NCBI RefSeq assembly: GCF_009914755.1
Contig: NC_060933.1
DNA: 64,000 nt
Direction: 5' to 3' (one strand)
Source of the DNA: the human T2T-CHM13v2.0 reference genome, Homo sapiens
A program made the position numbers and the translations under genes. Of the stretch, positions 1 to 12,790 are shown in pieces. Every line of letters begins with the position of its first letter. Positions within the stretch are counted from its first letter, which is position 1. Under the pieces are notes generated by a model that made no database searches, was not told the origin of the DNA, and was given only the letters and a program-made list of their open reading frames with translations.

Positions 1-479
1 TGGAATGGAATGGAATGGAATCAACCCGACTGCAGGGGAATGGAATGGAATGGAATGCAATGGAATGGATTCAACTTGAATGGAATGGAAAGAATGGAAT
101 CAACACGAGTGGAATGGCATGGATTGGAATGGAATGGAATGGAATCAACCCGAGTACAGGGGAATGGAATGGAATGGAATGCAATGGAATGGAATCATCC
201 GTAATGGAATGGAAAGGAATGGAATGGAATGGAATGGAATGGAATGGAATGCAATGGAATCAACTCGATTGCAATCGAATGGAATGGAATGGAATTAACC
301 CGAATAGAATGGAATGGAATGGAATGGAACAGAACGGAATGGAATGGATCGGAATGGAATGGAATGGAATGGAATGGAACGGAAAGGAATGCAATGGAAT
401 GCAATGGAATGGAATGGAATGGAATGAATGGAATCAACGCGAGTGCAGGGGAACGGAATGGAATGGAATGCAATGGAAT

Positions 480-494
480 GGAATCTTCCGGAAT
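480..494 (+). promoter_or_regulatory. Perfect 3-unit heat-shock element gGAAt-cTTCc-gGAAt (first of ~48 copies in the window)
   Basis: GGAATCTTCCGGAAT fits the established HSF1 consensus nGAAnnTTCnnGAAn exactly. Binding at these copies is inferred, not shown. Confidence 0.65.
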
Positions 495-579
495 GGAATG
501 GAATGGAATGGAATGGAATGGAATGGAATGGAATAAACCCGAGTGCAATGGAATGGAGTGGAATGGAATGGAATGGAAT

Positions 580-3500
580 GGAACAACCCGAATGGAACGG
601 AATGGAATGGAGAGTAAGGGAGTTGAATAGAATCAATCCGAATGTAATGGAATGGAATGGAAGGGAATGGAATGGAATGGAATGCAATGGAATGGAATGG
701 AATGCAATGGAATGGAATCAACCCGAGTGCAATCGAATGGAATCGAATGGAATGGAATGCAATGGAATGGATTCAACTTGAATGGAATGGAAAGAATGGA
801 ATCAACACGAGTGGAATGGCATGGATTGGAATAGAATGGAATAGAATCAATCCGCGTACAGGGGAATGGAATGGAATGGAATGCAATGGAATGGAATCAT
901 CCGTAATGGAATGGAAAGGAATGGAATGGAATGGAATGGAATGGAATGGAATGGAATGGAATCAACTCGATTGCAATCGAATGGAATGGAATGGAATTAA
1001 CCCGAATAGAATGGCATGGAATGGAATGGAACGGAACGGAATGGAATGGAATGGAATGGAATGGAACGGAACGGAATGGAACGGAATGGAATGGAATGGA
1101 ATGGAATGGAATGGAATGGAATGGAATCAACGCGATTGCTGGGGAATGGAATGGAATGGAATGCAATGGAATGGAATCTTCCGGAATGGAATGGAATGGA
1201 ATAGAATGGAATGAAATGCAATGGATTCAACTCGATAGCAATGGAATGGAATAGAATGGAATGGAATGGAATGGAATGGAATGGAATGGAATGGAATTAA
1301 CCCGAACAGAATGGAACGGAATGGAATGAAACGGAATGGAACGGAATGGAATGGAATGGAATGCAATGGAATGGTATGGAATGGAATGGAATGGTACGGA
1401 ATAGAATGGAATGGAACGAATTGTAATGGAATGGAATTGAATGGAATGGAATGGAATGGAATGGAATGGAATGGAATGGAATCGTTCCGAGTGGAATAGG
1501 AGGGAATGTATTCGAGTGGAATGGAAAGGAATGGAATCAACCAGAGTGGAATGGAAAGGAATGGAATGGAATGGAAACTAAGAGAATGGAATCAACCCGG
1601 GTGGAATGGAATGGAAAGGACTGGAATGGAAAGGAATGGAATGGAATGGAATGGAATGGAATGGAATGGAATGGAATGGAATGGAATCAACCCGAGTACA
1701 ATGGAATGGAATGGAATGGAATGGAATGGAATGGAATGGAATGCAATGGAATGGAATCTTCCGGAATTGAATGGAATGGAATGGAATGGAATGCAATGGA
1801 TTCAACTCGATTGCAATGGAATGGAATAGAATGGAATGGAATGGAATTAAACCGAATAGAATGGAATGGAATGGAATGGAACGGAACGGAACGGAATGGA
1901 ACGGAGTGGAATGGAATGGAATGGAATTGTATGGAATGCAATGGAATGGTACGGAATAGAATGGAATGCAAAGAATTGGAATGGAATGGAATTGAATGGA
2001 ATGGAATGGAATCAACCAGAGTGCAGGGGAATGTAATGGAACGGAATGCAATGGAATGGAATCATCCGGAATGGAATGGAATGCAACGGAATGAAATGGA
2101 ATGGAATGGAATGGAATGGAATGCAATGGAATGGAATCAACCCGAGTACCATGGAATGGAATGGAATGGAATGGAATTGAATGGAATGGAATGGAATGGA
2201 ATGGAATGCCTTCAAACCGAATGGAATGGAAAGGAATGGAATCAACACGAATGGAATGGAATGGAATGGAATGGAATGGAATGGAATGGAATGATACGGA
2301 ATAGAATGGAATGGAACGAAATGGAATGGAATGGAATGGAATGGAATGGAATGGAATGGAATGGAATGGAATCGTTCCGAGTGGAATAGGAGGGAATGTA
2401 TTCGAGTGGAATGGAAAGGAATGGAATCAACCAGAGTGGAATGGCAGGGAATGGAATGGAATGGAAACGAATAGAATGGAATCAACCCGAGTGGAATGGA
2501 ATGGAAAGGACTGGAATGGAATGGAATGGAATGGAATCAACTCGATTGTAATGGAATGGAATGGAATGGAATGGAATGGAATGGAATTAACCCGAATACA
2601 ATGGAATGCAATGGAATGGAACGGAATGGAGTGGCATGGAATGGAATCAAACCGAGTGCAGGGGAACGGAATGGAATGGAATGCAATGGAATGGAATCAT
2701 CCGGAATGGAATGGAATGGAATGGAATGGAATCAACCCGAGTGCAATCGAATGGAGTGGAATAGAATGGAATGAACCCGAGTGCAGGGGAATGGAATGGA
2801 ATGAAATGCAATGGAATGGAATCATCCGTAATGGAATGGAAAGGAATGGAATGGAATGGAATGGAATGGAATGGAATCAACACGATTGCAATCGAATGGA
2901 ATGGAATGGAATTAACCCGAATAGAATGGAATGGAATGGAATGGAACGGAACGGATTGGAATAGAATGGAATTGAACGGAACGGAGTGGAATGGAATGGA
3001 ATGGAATGGAATGGAATGGAATCAACGTGAGTGCAGGGGAATGGAATGGAATGGAATGCAATGGAATGGAATCTTCCGGAATGGAATGGAATGGAATGGA
3101 ATGGAATGAAATGCAATGGATTCAACTCGATTGCAATGGAATGGAATAGAATGGAATGGAATGGAATGGAATGGAATTAATCCGAATTGAATGGAATGGA
3201 ATGTAATGGAAAGGAATGGAACGGAATGGAATGGAATGGAATGGTATGGAATGGAATGGAATGGTACGGAATAGAATGGAATGGAACGAATTGTAATGGA
3301 ATGGAATTGGATGGAAAGGAATGGAATGGAATGGAATCAACGAGAGTGCAGGGGAATGTAATGGAACGGAATGCAATGGAAAGGAATCATACGGAATGGA
3401 ATGGAATGGAATGGAATGGTATGGAATCAACCCGAGTGCAATGGAATGGAGTGGAATGGAATGGAATGGAATGCAATAGAATGGAATCAACTTGAGTACA

Positions 3501-4450
3501 ATGGAATGGAATGGAATGGAATGGAATGCAATAGAATGGAATCAACTTGAGTACAATGGAATGGAATGGAATGGAATGGAATAAAATGGAATGATACGGA
3601 ATAGAATGGAATGGAACGAAATGAAATGGAATGGAATGGAATGGAATGGAATCGTTCCGAGTGGAATAGGAGGGAATGTATTCGAGTGGAATGGAAAGGA
3701 ATGGAATCAACCAGAGTGGAATGGAAGGGAATGGAATGGAATGGAAACTAATAGAATGGAATCAACCCAAGTGGAATGGAATGGAAAGGACTGGAATGGA
3801 ATGGAATGGAATAGAATCAACTCGATTGTAATGGAATGGATTGGAATGGAATGGAATGGAATGGAATGGAGTGGAATGGAATGGAATCAACCCGAGTGCA
3901 GGGGAATGGAATGGAATGGAATGCAATGGAATGGAATCATCCGGAATGGAATGGAATGGAATGGAATGCAAAGCAATGGAATCAACTCGATTGCAATGGA
4001 ATGGAAAGGAATGGAAAGGAATAAACTGGAATCAAGCCGACTGGAATGGAATGGAAAGGACTGGAATGGAGTGGAATGGAATGGAATGGAATGGAATGGA
4101 ATCAACTCGATTGGAATGGAATGGAATGGAATGGAATGGAATGGAATGGAATGGAATTAACCCGAATAGAATGGAATGGAATGGAATGGAATGGAAAGGA
4201 ATGGAAGGGAATGGAATGGAATGGAATGGAATCAACCCGACTGCAGGGGAATGGAATGGAATGGAATGCAATGGAATGGATTCAACTTGAATGGAATGGA
4301 AAGAATGGAATCAACACGAGTGGAATGGCATGGATTGGAATGGAATGGAATGGAATCAACCCGAGTACAGGGGAATGGAATGGAATGGAATGCAATGGAA
4401 TGGAATCATCCGTAATAGAATGGAAAGGAATGGAATGGAATGGAACGGAA
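580..4450 (+). repeat. Paralog copy A (deletion-bearing) of segment 8055-12790
   Basis: Shared rare variants: ATAGAATGGCAT (1007/8489), CTTCCGGAATTG (1758/10004), CATACGG, CAACGAGAG and CAACTTGAGTAC. The offset steps from 7463 to 7937, then 8251/8256, then 8380. Confidence 0.8.
716..745 (+). repeat. Cassette AATCAACCCGAGTGCAATCGAATGGAATCG (recurs many times); suggests the chr9q12-type SatIII subfamily (HSat3B5/pHuR98-like)
   Basis: Sequence seen directly here and again near 5728, 8189, 13847, 26353, 32022 and 58253. The subfamily assignment rests on my recollection of chr9 SatIII sequences and was not verified by alignment. Confidence 0.6.
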
Positions 4451-7400
4451 AGGAATGGAATGGAATGGAATGGAATGCAACGGAAAGGAATGGAATGGAA
4501 TGGAAAGGAATGGAATGGAATGGAATGGAATGGAATCAACGCGAGTGCAGGGGAATGGAATGGAATGGAATGCAATGAAATGGAATCTTCCGGAATGGAA
4601 TGGAATGGAATGCAATGGAATGGAATCAACTCGATTGCAATCGAATGGAATGGAATGGAATTAACCCGAATAGAATGGAATGGAATGGAATGGAACGGAA
4701 CGGAATGGAATGGAATGGAATGGAACGGAATGGAATGGAACGGAACGGAACGGAACGGAACGGAACGGAGTGGAATGGAATGGAATGGAATTGTATGGAA
4801 TGGAATGGAATGGTACGGAATAGAATGGAATGGAAAGAATTGGAATGGAATGGAATCGAATGGAATGGAATGGAATCAACCCGAGTGCAGGGGAATGTAA
4901 TGGAACGGAATGCAATGGAATGAAATCATCCGGAATGGAATGGAATGGAATGGAATGGAATGGAATGGAATGGAATGGAATGCAATGGAATCAACCCGAG
5001 TGCAATGGAATGGAGTCGAATGGAATTGAATGGAATGGAACAACCCGAATGGAATGGAATGTAATGGAGAGTAAGGGAGTTGAATAGAATCAATCCGAAT
5101 GTAATGGAATGGAACGGAATGGAATGGAATGGAATGGAATGGAATGGAATGGAATGCAATGGAATGGAATCAACCCGAGTACAATGGAACGGAATGGAAT
5201 GGAATGGAATGGAATGGAATGGAATGGAATGGAATGGAATCAACCCGAGTGCAATGGAATGGAGAGGAATGGAATGGAATGGAATGGAAACTACCCGAAT
5301 GGAATGGAATGTAATGGAGTGTAAGGGAGTTGAATAGAATCAATCCGAATGGAATGGAATGGAATGGAACGGAATGTAATGGAATGGAATGGAATGCAAT
5401 CAACCCGAGTGCAGGGGAATGGAATGGAATGGAATGCAATGGAATGGAATGGAATCGTTCCGAGTGGAATAGGAGGGAATGTATTCGAGTGGCATGGAAA
5501 GGAATGGAATCAACCAGAGTGGAATGGAAGGGAATGGAATGGAATGGAAACTAATAGAATGGAATCAACCCGAGTGGGATGGAATGGAAAGGACTGGAAT
5601 ATAAAGGAATGGAATGGAATGGAGTGGAATGGAATGGAATGGAATGGAATGGAATGGAATGGAATGGAATCAACGCGAGTGAAGGGGAATGGAATGGAAT
5701 GGAATGGAATGGAATGCAATGGAATGGAATCAACCCGAGTGCAATCGAATGGAATCGAATGGAATGGTATGCAATGGAATGGATTCAACTTGAATGGAAA
5801 GGAAAGAATGGAATCAACACGAGTGGAATGCCATGGATTGGAATGGAAAGGAATGGAATCAACCCGAGTACAGGGGAATGGAATGGAATGGAATGCAATG
5901 GAATGGAATCATCCGTAATGGAATGGAAAGGAATGGAATGGAATGGAATGGAATGGAATGGAATGGAATGGAATCAACTCGATTGCAATCGAATGGAATG
6001 GAATGGAATTAACCCGAATAGAATGGAATGGAATGGAATGGAACGGAACGGAATGGAATGGAATGGAATGGAATGGAACGGAAAGGAATGGAATAGAATG
6101 GAATCGAATGGAATGGAATGGAATGGAATGGAATCAACGCGAGTGCAGGGGAATGGAATGGAATCGAATGGAATGGAATGGAATGGAATGGAATGGAATC
6201 AACCCGAGTGCAGGGGAATGTAATGGAACGGAATGCAATGGAATGGAATCATCCGGAATGGAATGAAATGGAATGGAATGGAATCAACCCGAGTGAAATG
6301 GAATGGAGTGGAATGAAATGGAATGGAATGGAACAACCCGAATGGAATGGAATGTAATGGAGAGTAAGGGAGTTGAAAAGAATCAATCCGAATGTAATGG
6401 AATGGAATGGAACGTAATGGAATGGAATGGAATGGAATGCAATGGAATGGAATCAACCAGAGTACAATGGAATGGAATGGAATGGAATGGAATGGAATGG
6501 AATGCAATGGAATGGAATCAACCAGAGTACAATGGAATGGAATGGAATGGAATGGAATGGAATGGAATGGAATGCAATGGAATGGAATCTTCCGGAATGG
6601 AATGGAATGGAATGGAATGGAATGGAATGCAGTGGATTCAACTCGATTGCAATGGAATGGAATAGAATGGAATGGAATGGAATGGAATGGAATTAAACCG
6701 AATAGAATGGAATGGAATGGAATGGAACGGAACGGAACGGAACGGAACGGAACGGAGTGGAATGGAATGGAATGGAATTGTATGGAATGGAATGGAATGG
6801 AACGGAATAGAATGGAATGGAAAGAATTGGAATGGAATGGAATCGAATGGAATGGAATGGAATGGAATGGAATCAACCCGAGTGCAGGCGTATGTAATGG
6901 AATGGAATGCAATGGAATGGAATCATCCGGAATGGAATGGAATGGAATGGAATGGAATGGAATGGAATGGAATGGAATCAACCCGAGTGCAATGGAATTG
7001 AGTGGAATGGAATGGAATGGAATGGAACAACCCGAATGGAATGGAATGTAATGGAGAGTAAGGGAGTTGAATAGAATCAATCCGAATGTAATGGAATGGA
7101 ACGGAATGGAATGGAATGGAATCGAATGGAATGGAATGGAATGGAATCGAATGCAATGGAATGGAATCAACCCGAGTACAATGGAACGGAATGTAATGTA
7201 ATGTAATGTAATGGAATGGAAAGGAATGGAATGGAATGGAATCAACCCGAGTGCAATGGAATGGAGAGGAATGGAATGGAATGGAATGGAAACTACACAA
7301 ATGGAATGGAATGTAATGGAGTGTAAGGGAATTGAATAGAATCAATCCGAAAGGAATGGAATGGAATGGAACGGAATGGAATGGAATGGAATGCAATGGA

Positions 7401-8054
7401 ATGGAATCATCCGGAATGGAATGGAATGGAATGCAATGGAATGGAATGGAATGGAATCAACCCGAGTTCAATGGAATGGAGTGAAATGGAATGGAATGGA
7501 ATGGAGACAACAAGAATGGATTGGAATATAATGGAGTGTAAGGGAATTGAATAGAATCAATCTGAATGTAATGAAATGGAATGGAACGGAATAGAATGGA
7601 ATGGAATGGAATGGAATGGAATGGAATGGAATGGAATGCAATGGAATGGAATCAACCAGAGTGCAATCGAATGGAATCGAATGGAATGGAATGCAATGGA
7701 ATGGAATGGAATGGAATCAACTCGATTGCAATCGAATGGAATGGAATGGAATTAACCCGAATATAATGGAATGGAATGGAATGGAATGGAATGGAACGGA
7801 ACGGAATGGAATGGATTGGAATGGAATGGAATGGAATGGAATGGAACGGAAAGGAATGGAATGGAATGGAATGGAATGGAATGGAATGGAATGGAATGGA
7901 ATGGATTCAATGCGAGTGCAGGGGAATGGAATGGAATGGAATGCAATGGAATGGAATCTTCCGGAATGGAATGGAATGGAATGGAATGGAATGGAATGGA
8001 ATGGAATTAACCCGAGTGCAATGGAATGGAGTGGAATGAAATGGAATGGAATGG

Positions 8055-11000
8055 AACAACCCGAATGGAATGGAATGTAGTGGAGAGTAAGGGAGTTGAA
8101 TAGAATCAATCCGAATGTAATGGAATGGAATGGAAGGGAATGGAATGGAATGGAATGCAATGTAATGGAATGGAATGCAATGGAATGGAATCAACCCGAG
8201 TGCAATCGAATGGAATCGAATGGAATGGAATGCAATGGAATGGATTCAACTTGAATGGAATGGAAAGAATGGAATCAACACGAGTGGAATGGCATGGATT
8301 GGAATGGAATGGAATGGAATCAACCCGAGTACAGGGGAATGGAATGGAATGGAATGCAATGGAATGGAATCATCCGTAATGGAATGGAAAGGAATGGAAT
8401 GGAATGGAATGGAATGGAATGGAATGGAATGGAATGGAATGAAATCAACTCGATTGCAATCGAATGGAATGGAATGGAATTAACCCGAATAGAATGGCAT
8501 GGAATGGAATGGAACGGAACGGAATGGAATGGAATGGAATGGAACGGAACGGAATGGAATGGAATGGAATGGAATGGAATGGAATGGAATCAACGCGAGT
8601 GCAGGGGAATGGAATGGAATGGAATGCAATGGAATGGAATCTTCCGGAATGGAATGGAATGGAATAGAATGGAATGAAATGCAATGGATTCAACTCGATT
8701 GCAATAGAATGGAATAGAATGGAATGGAATGGAATGGAATGGAATGGAATGGAATGGAATTAACCCGAATAGAATGGAATGAAATGGAATGGAACGGAAT
8801 GGAACGGAATGGAATGGAATGGAATGCAATGGAATGGTATGGAATGGAATGGAATGGTACGGAATAGAATGAAATGGAACGAATTGTAATGGAATGGAAT
8901 TGAATGGAATGGAATGGAATGGAATCAACGCGAGTGCAGGGGAATGTAATGGAACGGAATGCAATGGAATGGAATCATCCGGAATGGAATGGAATGGAAT
9001 GGAATGGAATGGAATCAACCCGAGTGCAATTGAATGGAGTGGAATGGAATGGAATGGAATGGAACAACCCGAATGGAATGGAATGTAATGGAGAGTAAGG
9101 GAGTTGAATAGAATCAATCCGAATGTAATGGAATGGAATGCAACGGAATGGAATGGAATGCAATGGAATGGAATGCAATGGAATAGAATCAACCCGAGTA
9201 CAATGGAATGGAATGGAATGCAATGGAATACCTTCAAACCGAATGGAATGGAAAGGAATGGAATCAACACGAGTGGAATGGAATGGAATGGAATGGAATG
9301 GAATGGAATGGAATGATACGGAATAGAATGGAATGGAACAAAATGGAATGAAATGGAATGGAATGGAATGGAATGGAATGGAATGGAATGGAATGGAATG
9401 GAATGGAATGGAATGGAATCGTTCCGAGTGGAATAGGAGGGAATGTATTCGAGTGGAATGGAAAGGAATGGAATCAACCAGAGTGGAATGGAAGGGAATG
9501 GAATGGAATGGAAACTAATAGAATGGAATCAACCCGAGTGGAATGGAATGGAAAGGACAGGAATGGAAAGGAATGGAATGGAATGGAATGGAATGGAATG
9601 GAATGGAACGGAATCAACGCGAGTGCAGGGGAATGGAATAGAATCGAATGGAATGGAATGGAATGGAATGGAATCAACCCGAGTGCAGGGGAATGTAATG
9701 GAACGGAATGCAATGGAATGGAATCATTCGGAATGGAATGGAATGGAATGGAATGGAATCAACCCGAGTGCAATGATATGGAGTGGAATGGAATGGAATA
9801 GAATTGAAAGGAACAACCCGAATGGAATGGAATGTAATGGAGAGTAAGGGAGTTGAAAAGAATCAATCCGAATGTAATGGAATGGAATGGATCGGAATGG
9901 AATGCAATGGAATGGAATGGAATGGAATGGAATGGAATCAACCCGAGTACAATGGAATGGAATGGAATGGAATGGAATGGAATGGAATGCAATGGAATGG
10001 AATCTTCCGGAATTGAATGGAATGGAATGGAAAGGAATGGAATGCAATGGATTCAACTCGATTGCAATGGAATGGAATAGAATGGAATGGAATGGAATTA
10101 AACCGAATAGAATGGAATGGAATGGAATGGAACGGAACGGAACGGAATGGAACGGAGTGGAATGGAATGGAATGGAATTGTTTGGAATGGAATGGAATGG
10201 TACGGAATAGAATGGAATGCAAAGAATTGGAATGGAATGGAATGGAATGGAATGGAATCAACCAGAGTGCAGGGGAATGTAATGGAACGGAATGCAATGG
10301 AATGGAATCATCCGGAATGGAATGGAATGCAACGGAATGAAATGGAATGGAATGGAATGGAATGTAATGGAATGGAATCAACCCGAGTACAATGGAATGG
10401 AATGGAATGGAATGGAATGGAATGGAATGGAATGGAATGCCTTCAAACCGAATGGAATGGAAAGGAATGGAATCAACACGAATGGAATGGAATGGAATGG
10501 AATGGAATGGAATGGAATGGAATGGAATGATACGGAATAGAATGGAATGGAACGAAATGGAATGGAATGGAATGGAATGGAATGGAATGGAATGGAATGG
10601 AATGGAATCGTTCCGAGTGGAATAGGAGGGAATGTATTCGAGTGGAATGGAAAGGAATGGAATCAACCAGAGTGCAATGGAAGGGAATGGAATGGAATGG
10701 AAACTAATAGAATGGAATCAACCCGAGTGGAATGGAATGGAAAGGACTGGAATGGAATGGAATGGAATGGAATGGAATGGAATCAACTCGATTGTAATGG
10801 AATGGAATGGAATGGAATGGAATGGAATGGAATGGAATTAACCCGAATACAATGGAATGGAATGGAATGGAATGGAATGGAGTGGAATGGAATGGAATCA
10901 ACCCGAGTGCAGGGGAACGGAATGGAATGGAATGCAATGGAATGGAATCATCCGGAATGGAATGGAATGGAATGGAATGGAATCAAACCGAGTGCAATGC

Positions 11001-12790
11001 AATGGAGTGGAATGGAATGGAATCAACCCGAGTGCAGGGGAATGGAATGGAATGGAATGCAATGGAATGGAATCATTGGTAATGGAATGGAAAGGAATGG
11101 AATGGAATGGAATGGAATGGAATGGAATGGAATCAACACGATTGCAATCGAATGGAATGGAATGGAATTAACCCGAATAGAATGGAATGGAATGGAATGG
11201 AACGGAACGGATTGGAATAGAATGGAATTGAACGGAACGGAATGGAATGGAATGGAATGGAATGGAATGGAATGGAATCAACGTGAGTGCAGGGGAATGG
11301 AATGGAATGGAATGCAATGGAATGGAATCTTCCGGAATGGAATGGAATGGAATGGAATGGAATGAAATGCAATGGATTCAACTCGATTGCAATGGAATGG
11401 AATAGAATGGAATGGAATGGAATGGAATGGAATTAATCCGAATTGAATGGAATGGAATGTAATGGAAAGGAATGGAACGGAATGGAATGGAATGGAATGG
11501 TATGGAATGGAATGGAATGGTACGGAATAGAATGGAATGGAACGAATTGTAATGGAATGGAATTGAATGGAAAGGAATGGAATGGAATCGAGTCAACGAG
11601 AGTGCAGGGGAATGTAAAGGAACGGAATGCAATGTAAAGGAATCATACGGAATGGAATGGAATGGAATGGAATGGTATGGAATCAACCCGAGTGCAATGG
11701 AATGGAGTGGAATGGAATGGAATGCAATGGAACAACCCGAATGGAATGGAATGTAATGGAGAGTAAGGGAGTTGAATAGAATCAATCCGAATGTAATGGA
11801 ATGGAATGCAACGGAATGGAATGGAATGGAATGGAATGGAATGGAATGGAATGCAATGGAATGGAATCAACTTGAGTACAATGGAATGGAATGGAATGGA
11901 ATGGAATGGAATGGAATGGAATAAAATGGAATGATACGGAATAGAATGGAATGGAACGAAATGGAATGGAATGGAAGGGAATGGAATGGAATCGTTCCGA
12001 GTGCAATAGGAGGGAATGTATTCGAGTGGAATGGAAAGGAATGTAATCAACCAGAGTGGAATGGAAGGGAATGGAATGGAATGGAAACTAATAGAATGGA
12101 ATCAACCCAAGTGCAATGGAATGGAAAGGACTGGAATGGAATGGAATGGAATGGAATCAACTCGATTGGAATGGAATGGAATGGAATGGAATGGAATGGA
12201 ATGGAATGGAGTGGAATGGAATGGAGTGGAATGGAATGGAATCAACCCGAGTGCAGGGGAATGGAATGGAATGGAATGCAATGGAATGGAATCATCCAGA
12301 ATGGAATGGAATGGAATGGAATGCAAAGCAATGGAATCAAGTCGATTGCAATGGAATGGAATGGAATGGAAAGGAATACATTGGAATCAACCCGACTGGA
12401 ATGGAATGGAAAGGACTGGAATGGAGTGGAATGGAATGGAATGGAATGGAATGGAATCAACTCGATTGGAATGGAATGGAATGGAATGGAATGGAAAAGA
12501 ATTAACCCGAATAGAATGGAATGGAATGGAATGGAACGGAACGGAATAGAATGGAATGGAATGGAATGGAATGGAATAAACCCGACTGCAGGGGAATGGA
12601 ATGGAATGGAATGCAATGGAATGGATTCAACTTGAATGGAATGGAAAGAATGGAATCAACAGGAGTGGAATGGCATGGATTGGAATGGAATGGAATGGAA
12701 TCAACCCGAGTACTGGGGAATGGAATGGAATGGAATGCAATGGAATGGAATCATCCGTAATGGAATGGAAAGGAATGGAATGGAATGGAA
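8055..12790 (+). repeat. Paralog copy B (longer) of segment 580-4450
   Basis: Same shared variants as copy A. ORF-track translations at 2877..3125 and 11133..11381 are nearly identical at offset 8256. Confidence 0.8.

Noticed and set aside
486-493. TTCCGGAA as a STAT GAS site
   Set aside because: Spacing is TTC-N2-GAA, not the canonical N3 (or N4 for STAT6); the HSE reading fits better.
1481-1520. G-quadruplex potential at ATAGGAGGG / GCAGGGG cassettes
   Set aside because: G3+ runs are isolated, and four closely spaced G3 tracts were not seen.
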